A stretch of 64,000 bases of DNA from assembly GCA_010909165.1 (NCBI GenBank), contig VJWM01000106.1, positions 992,001 to 1,056,000 of the forward strand, written 5' to 3'. Shown here in pieces: positions 60,301 to 64,000 of the stretch. The first letter of the stretch is position 1; each line of letters begins with the position of its first letter. The translations under genes were made by a program, and so were the position numbers. The stretch comes from Anthoceros angustus. Taxonomy: Eukaryota > Plantae > Anthocerotophyta. Under the pieces are notes generated by a model, which saw only the letters and a program-made list of their open reading frames with translations, made no database searches and was not told the DNA's origin.

Positions 60301-63300
60301 CCGGTATCAAAGAGGTTTGAATGATGAAAGACAAACGCTAAAATGGTGGGCTGCTTAGCTTTGTGAGATAGGTTGCTTTCGGTGGGGAGAATCCTCACGA
60401 GGCTCTCCACTCTCTTTTTCTGCCTTTCTCAAAGTGCCCGGTATCTTACACGTGACATGTAAGAGACTTCTTGAGTGTTGGGGAACCTTTGCGCTGTCCC
60501 GAGAATGAAAACCTCGACCTCGCCTCATCCACGAAAGCCGCCTCTTGAAGAAAATAACACCTTCGTTGCTTGTAGTGGCTCCACGTGTCTTGTGAAGACC
60601 ATGTGCACGCTCTTGAGGAGTGCACCCAAAACTTCTTCGAGGTAATGTCGTATCCGGCTGCACCGCTTGCCGCAGATGGTTGCATTATGGCTTCCAACAA
60701 AATTTTGATAGCTTTCGAGCGAGGCTATGGTACGGCTTGTACCTCGGTGAGGGTGTTTCCACAGTAGGCCAAATTGGCTCTACAAGTCCGAAACTTGTTG
60801 ATGTAAGCTTCGACAGGCTCCTCGTCCTTCATCCTCAAGTTGAAAAAATCCCTATACGCGTGTACTAGGGATGTTGAGCTCTTATCTTGGTAGATCTGCT
60901 TAAACACCTTCCACACATCAGCAGCATTGACAGCTCCTATGGTGTGAGGGATCATGTTTCTATCCAGGGCAGAAATAAGAATAGACCTAGTGCGTCTATC
61001 TTTGCGTTCCCACTCAAGTTGTTGATCAGCACTTCTAGCGGGAGCTTTTACCTTTGGGTCTGACCCATCTGCAATCTGCATAAGCTCATGCTCTTCTAGG
61101 ATCTGGGTCAGTCTTAATGCCCAGATGTTGTAGTCAACACCATTGAACCTATCTTTATCTCTGAATTCTATTTTAAGAGGAGCTAAAGGTGTTGGATTTG
61201 CCATGGCTGCAGGACGGTTGAAGAAAACCTGACTAGTTCTATACAAAACAGCGTCTGTTTAGAAAGGGGTTTCTCCTGTCAAAAGGGGTTTTGGAAAAAA
61301 TCCCAACCCTCTTTCGCCGGAAACTGAAGTTGGTTTGGTTTTTGTTGGTTTTTGTAGGTGTTCATCCATCGGTTTCGGGCATTCTCGGCTCGGCACCACT
61401 TCTGTCGAGTCATTTACACATGTTGGCGTATATACTCGAGTTCATGGCGATTTAGTCGGTGTGATGAAGGGCGATGACCTCATTGTTCCATAATTTCGTC
61501 ATGTCCATAGTTTACGCATTTTGTGTGGTTTTGTATGTTTTGTATACTGGGGCCTAGGCGCATAAGTGCGTGCCTAAACAATGCTATGTGCAAACTTGTA
61601 CATGCACTGCAAAAAGAACGCTAAAATGATCTTCTAATGGGAAGCATGTCCTTTTGGCGGTCGAGGATGTCGAACTCCGACAAAATAACAAGTAGCGTAC
61701 ATCGAGAGGTTCACCTAGACCACTCTATATACCTATCCTATGCCCTAATGCGACGAAGAACACCCTATCCCCTTTTTATTCTTTACGGTGTTTCTCTCTT
61801 TCGGTGACCTAATAAGTTATCATCAAACATGCCGGGGGCCCGGTGGGTGAACAAGTGCATGCACTGGTAGCAGGTCTGGCACACAAGTGCATGCACCACG
61901 GGCAAGGGGCCGGGTGCGCGCACCGAGGGGCAAGGGGCCGGGTGCGCACTTGTGCGCGCACCATGGGGCAGGGGCCGGGTGCGCACTTGTGCACGCACTG
62001 GGATGCCGGTGCGCACACCAGCGCGCACCGAGGGGCAAGGGGCCGGGTGCGTGCGCGCACGCGCGCCGCACTGTGGGCAAGGATGCCGGTGCGCGCACCG
62101 AGGCAGGATGCGGTGCGCGCAGAGCAGGATGCCGGTGCGCGCACCGAGGCAGGATGCCGGTGCGCGCACCAGCGCGCACTGGGGCAAGAAGGCCTGCCGG
62201 GAGCATGAACCCAAATGGTTCATGCCTCCTAGTGCATTCAGACGGTTCATCCAAAGAAAAAAGAGCAAAAAGTCTTTAAAATCCTAAAACCCTTAAAAAT
62301 TACAAAAAGTCCAGTTTTTGAGGTGCGCGCGCAAGTCGACTTGCTCTAAAATTTTGACAAATTTTGCATTTTTTGTATTTGTTTTGATATTTTGTTGTTT
62401 TAAAGGGGTTCCTTTTGGCGTTTTCAACCTTTTTGTGCAGCACCCTAATGTGGATATGTTCTTATCTTTACTTAACCCTCATCTTTTTCTAGTGGTTAAA
62501 ACTTTGAACTAGTAGTGAGAACCTTTTGCATCTTTTGAATCTAAAGACGCGTGGGCCCGACTCTAAGTGCAGACCATGCCACTCATTCTCGCACTAGGCG
62601 TGGATCAAGAGCATCAGGCCAAAGAAGATATTATTGTCCCAATGTCTAAGGAACAAAGTCTTGTAAAATTCTCGGAGCGAGAGTATAGTCATAGGATTGA
62701 CTAGTATGAATGAAAGGTAGGTGCGCAAACAAGTTTGCGCACCAGTAATACAGCAAGCCCTAAAAACTCTAAATGTTTGTATACGTCCAACACCTAGCAA
62801 TGATTGCGGATGTTGGAGACTGTTTAGATGTAAGTGCGCGCATAAGTTTCTTGTGAATGTCTAGTTTGAAAAAGCCGAGCGAGAATGGGACTTTAGGTTT
62901 TGCCACGTACTTGCAATCTACAATCTCAAATAACGTGTATCAAAACAATTATTCAAAAGGTTGCGGGTAACATGTCCGCAGAGAAATATCAAAAAGCGAT
63001 TATAGTGCGGATTTTTCAAGTGCAAAAGGGTCCGCCAAGTCTCAGTGTGCAAAAGGGGTTTGGGAGAAACCCTTTCTAAATGATTGCACAAGAGGGCTGC
63101 CGGAGAAAAATCCCACCGTAGTACTCTATGTGCTCAAACAGAAAGGAAAGATCATGCACTTCATCCTCTGAATCTGAGTCCGAGACATCTTGCATAAGCT
63201 TGAGTAATGTCTGCTCTTAATGAGAAGAGCTTCCACTGCTGGAAGCAGCGTGGATTGAAGAGTCTTTTTGGATGAAGTTGCGGCAGATGATGTCAAGAAT

Positions 63301-63953
63301 GTGGAGGCTTCCAGACATTTTCTTGATCAAGTCAGACTGAGCATTTGCGCATTGCTGGAGTTCAGCGAGTTGAAGACGGTGGCCGAGTGCCTTCTTGGGG
63401 TTTGCTTGTCAACGTCCTTTCTCGATCCTTGAGAAATCTTCTTGCCGCTCCAACAATTACTCCTGGGAGCTCGAGGCTGTTATCGTTGAGCAAGGAGTGG
63501 ACTCTCTCAATCTTGTTAGGCTGTGATGTGGAGCGCTCCAATCGCTCTTCAGCTTGACAATCTGGGCACAAGAGAGGGCGGCGAGGAATTGGCTTGGCGT
63601 TGCGTCTTGGGGATGAGACCACGCCTTTTCTCTCTGTCATTTTCCCTCGCGAATGATGCCACTCACTTGTCCGCACCGCGTTCCTGCGATCAACATCCAA
63701 AAATCAGATCCGGGCTCTGATACCATAATGCTATTAGCGATAGCTGCATTCTGCTATCTGTGGATCACAGGAGATGGCAAGAGAGAGCACATAATCTACA
63801 GAAGAACAGATTTGTCATTGATTATCAAGTAAGGTAACATCAGGTTCTTAAATAGCACAGGAGTGGTAACTGTTCTAACTGAAAATGCTAACTACCAGAA
63901 CTACATTTGTAACATGCTTCAACTGCATGATTACCAGAATGTAAATCCCAATA
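57326..63953 (-). mobile_element. Ty1/Copia LTR retrotransposon, family 2, non-canonical TA...TA LTRs, RT core deleted
   Basis: Direct repeats 57326-57545 and 63726-63953; TSD GATCC (57321-57325 / 63954-63958); PBS TGGTATCAGAGC (63714-63725, minus); PPT AAGTGGGAG. gag 'RFNGVDYNIWALRL', integrase 'DICGPM...IDEWSR...LRSDNGGEY...ERKNRTL' and RNase H 'YCDADWAGD' are present. Confidence 0.95.
61830..62200. repeat. GC-rich degenerate tandem repeats (ggtgcgcgcaccgaggcaggatgcc-like) inside the Copia-2 leader
   Basis: Direct inspection. Explains the overlapping low-complexity ORFs at 61783-62287. Confidence 0.8.
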
Positions 63954-64000
63954 GATCCACCTCCCAGATGCGGCAATTGCGAACGAGTTCGAGGACGGTC

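Larger units (their letters stand above)
23310..64000. repeat. Large tandem segmental repeat: unit 1 ~23310-40745, unit 2 ~40745-55575, unit 3 ~55575 to window end (partial)
   Basis: Near-identical sequence at offset ~17.4 kb (e.g. 25671 vs 43079; 29941 vs 47351), with the same Copia insertion and TSD in units 1 and 2. Unit 3 repeats the CRE fragment, the 60-bp array and the vWA fragment. Confidence 0.9.

Noticed and set aside
61783-62287. Six overlapping 110-160 aa ORFs
   Set aside because: They arise from GC-rich tandem repeats lacking stop codons.

Overview
Eukaryotic nuclear DNA from a seed-free land plant, most likely a hornwort. This is inferred from PLS-class PPR proteins with a 'PGxSWWTD' (WW-type) PG box and from L motifs extended by 2 aa. 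The left part (1-20.5 kb) is gene-rich. It holds a LINE 3' remnant, an intronless coiled-coil + RING-H2 gene, three tandem intronless PLS-PPR RNA-editing-factor genes, a 4-exon G-patch gene and a 2-exon GT92 (DUF23) glycosyltransferase. All three PPR genes stop inside a decayed DYW deaminase domain whose remnants can still be read downstream of the stop codon. The right part (21-64 kb) is an unstable array built from a coiled-coil + vWA + alpha-kinase (eEF2K/VwkA-like) gene family. It has about 10 loci from about 5 distinct paralogues, all disrupted in this sequence. They are interleaved with a GT92 3' fragment, a CRE-like non-LTR RT fragment with 60-bp tandem repeats, and two Ty1/Copia families. 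A 15-17 kb block is tandemly repeated (two full copies plus the start of a third). One Copia has non-canonical TA...TA LTR termini, a deleted RT core and an inverted-repeat-bounded insert. Many single-base indels in the repeated part look like unpolished long-read errors, so pseudogene calls and copy numbers there are provisional.
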